DNA of 64,000 bases from Tubiluchus corallicola (Eukaryota; Animalia; Priapulida), in contig JAQGDQ010000135.1 in assembly GCA_030141605.1 (NCBI GenBank), positions 372,001 through 436,000 on the forward strand, read 5' to 3'. This document shows, piece after piece, positions 62,058-64,000 of this stretch. Both the position numbers and the translations under genes were made by a program. Below the pieces are notes generated by a model that was given only the letters and a program-made list of their open reading frames with translations, was not told the DNA's origin and ran no database searches. Each line of letters begins with the position of its first letter. Position 1 is the stretch's first letter.

Positions 62058-64000
62058 CATCTATAGCTGTGCTATAACTTAATATAAATCAATTTTCAAT
62101 ACATACAGACAGCGTCATCAGCAAATAGTAGAATAAATCACGAAAACTTGCACATACTAACCTATAGTGCCATTTTAAAACAGACATTTCACGTTTATCT
62201 TAAGCACTTGAGCCACTAGTGCAGATGAATTCCATTTCATGATATGCTGAAGAACACAGCTTTACCAATTGAATAAGTTAGACTGAATTGCAAACTCTGC
62301 AATTGTTATACATGTACTACGAAATGGGTGACAATAACTAATGACAAGATAATTACGCAATGCCCCAAGACATTAAAACTTCAAGGCTAATGCAAAATTT
62401 GCTTTAGATATCGTTCTGAAAATATAATAGATCATTTGATTTAGTGCGGTTATATAATTAATACTTGTACAACAATTACTATTTTCCTGTGTGTAACGGT
62501 AAAGTAATTACGTATCAATTCCTTTACTATAATGTATAATGAAACCTATGTATACAATAATGATGTAGTCGAGATTTTCCAGGTGGTTAAGCATTCATTG
62601 GCATCACTGCATATTGTTCACATACGGCATACACAATATGAAAACCTCAACGGTCAGACTATGACCCCAGGCAAATAGACTTCTACTTTCCAGATAGTCC
62701 AGATATACCAATGACGACAGCCCAGATATACCAAGGACGATTTAGTTAGATACTAACCTATATCCCACATTCTTATTATGAAATCTGTGACTGATGTAAA
62801 ATAGCGACGAATGACCACGAGTGACCAGTTGTAGTAATTAAAGTTGTTTGCATGATTTATTGCAGCATATAGTTGTAAAAACGAGTGTCTAAATTATTAA
62901 TAATAACAAATCAAATTAACTTAAAAGAAATAGGTAAAATCGTTCTTTTCTATTAGACAGTGATCAGTTTCTAAATATTCGGGCTATCTTTTTTAAGTAT
63001 GAATGAGACTGAAGCCATTTGGTGGGTTTCTATCAGGCATCGCGTGTAACATGCCGGTTTTTTAGAGTTCCGCGCTCCCTCCTCCTACCTCCTCCAACAG
63101 TAATACTCTCAGATGTTGATTTATCAAATTCGGCCATTAGCGTGGTTTAGCTTTTTGCAATAAAGACGCATCATAGCGTGTGAATTTAGCAATAATGTCG
63201 ACCGGAATCGTTGAACGATGACATCCGTTTGGCTTCTAATTTAGTGTCTTTTCTCTGAAGCCGGATTGAAATTGGCTTCTCGGCGGAGGTCTATGAAGCA
63301 GGCGTGTTTGTTTTATGCTACCGCAATTTGCCGGGGAAAGAACATGAAACTTGTTAAACAACTGTCAAACTAATAATCAGTCGTTTATTAAAAATCTAAA
63401 TACACATTCGGCAAAATTATGACGCTTATTACACGAACGTTAAAATAAAAGAGAAAGAAATCAACATTCATATCGTGGAGTCTGAGAAAATTTCGGACAG
63501 TCGATTTTGCGGCCGTTTTTGAATTTTCTGACCATGTGACTGAAACACGTGCACTTTTTAATTTAAGTTCTGCGGATGTTAATCTCTTTAACGTGGATCA
63601 AATTAATCGACTTCAAATATGTTTGCTTACATTAACGTACCAAACTGAAAGTAAAAAGTAAAGTTCGGTCTAAGCTGACTGCTCTGTTTTAACCAAAAAT
63701 ATTTGCCTCAGCCTGATGGAGCGGGGTTCGATTTGTCTGTCAGAACATGATCACGTATAACATTCGTAAAAAACAGTTGTTATTTATAAGACTTTTATGT
63801 ATCAGTTAAAGAATTTATTTACTCACTCGTAATTTAATACATTGTAATTGTTATTTATTTTCACATTCGGCACAACAGTACAAAGCATACGTAAATATAA
63901 AGTTATAACTCAAAATATTCAAGTATTTATGATGATTTCAAGTGATAATTTACGTAATTACTGAGGTTATTTAACAGTTAGTGATGTCACTAACTTTGCC

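Overview
AT-rich eukaryotic (animal, probably invertebrate) genomic DNA with GT-AG introns and many microsatellites; a leech/annelid-like origin is my inference from composition only. Three protein-coding genes can be reconstructed by hand. (1) The 3' half of a receptor-type guanylyl cyclase (kinase-homology domain, dimerisation helix, cyclase domain; + strand, 11 exons, 270-12281, 5' part outside the window). (2) A complete 13-exon, about 559-aa SLC6/NSS-fold transporter (- strand, 30365-18527) whose Na+/substrate-binding and extracellular-gate residues are largely replaced. (3) An intronless heparan sulfate 3-O-sulfotransferase-like ORF (- strand, 57538-56537) with a changed catalytic EVHFFD motif. 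The rest is intronic or intergenic and full of decayed mobile DNA: CR1, RTE and L2-type LINE pieces, a Gypsy integrase remnant, hAT, Harbinger and Kolobok-type MITEs, 5S- and tRNA-derived SINE heads, and a fold-back containing a minimal type-I hammerhead ribozyme motif. I found no CRISPR array or prokaryote-type system. The most interesting candidates are the degenerate SLC6, the atypical HS3ST active site and the hammerhead fold-back.
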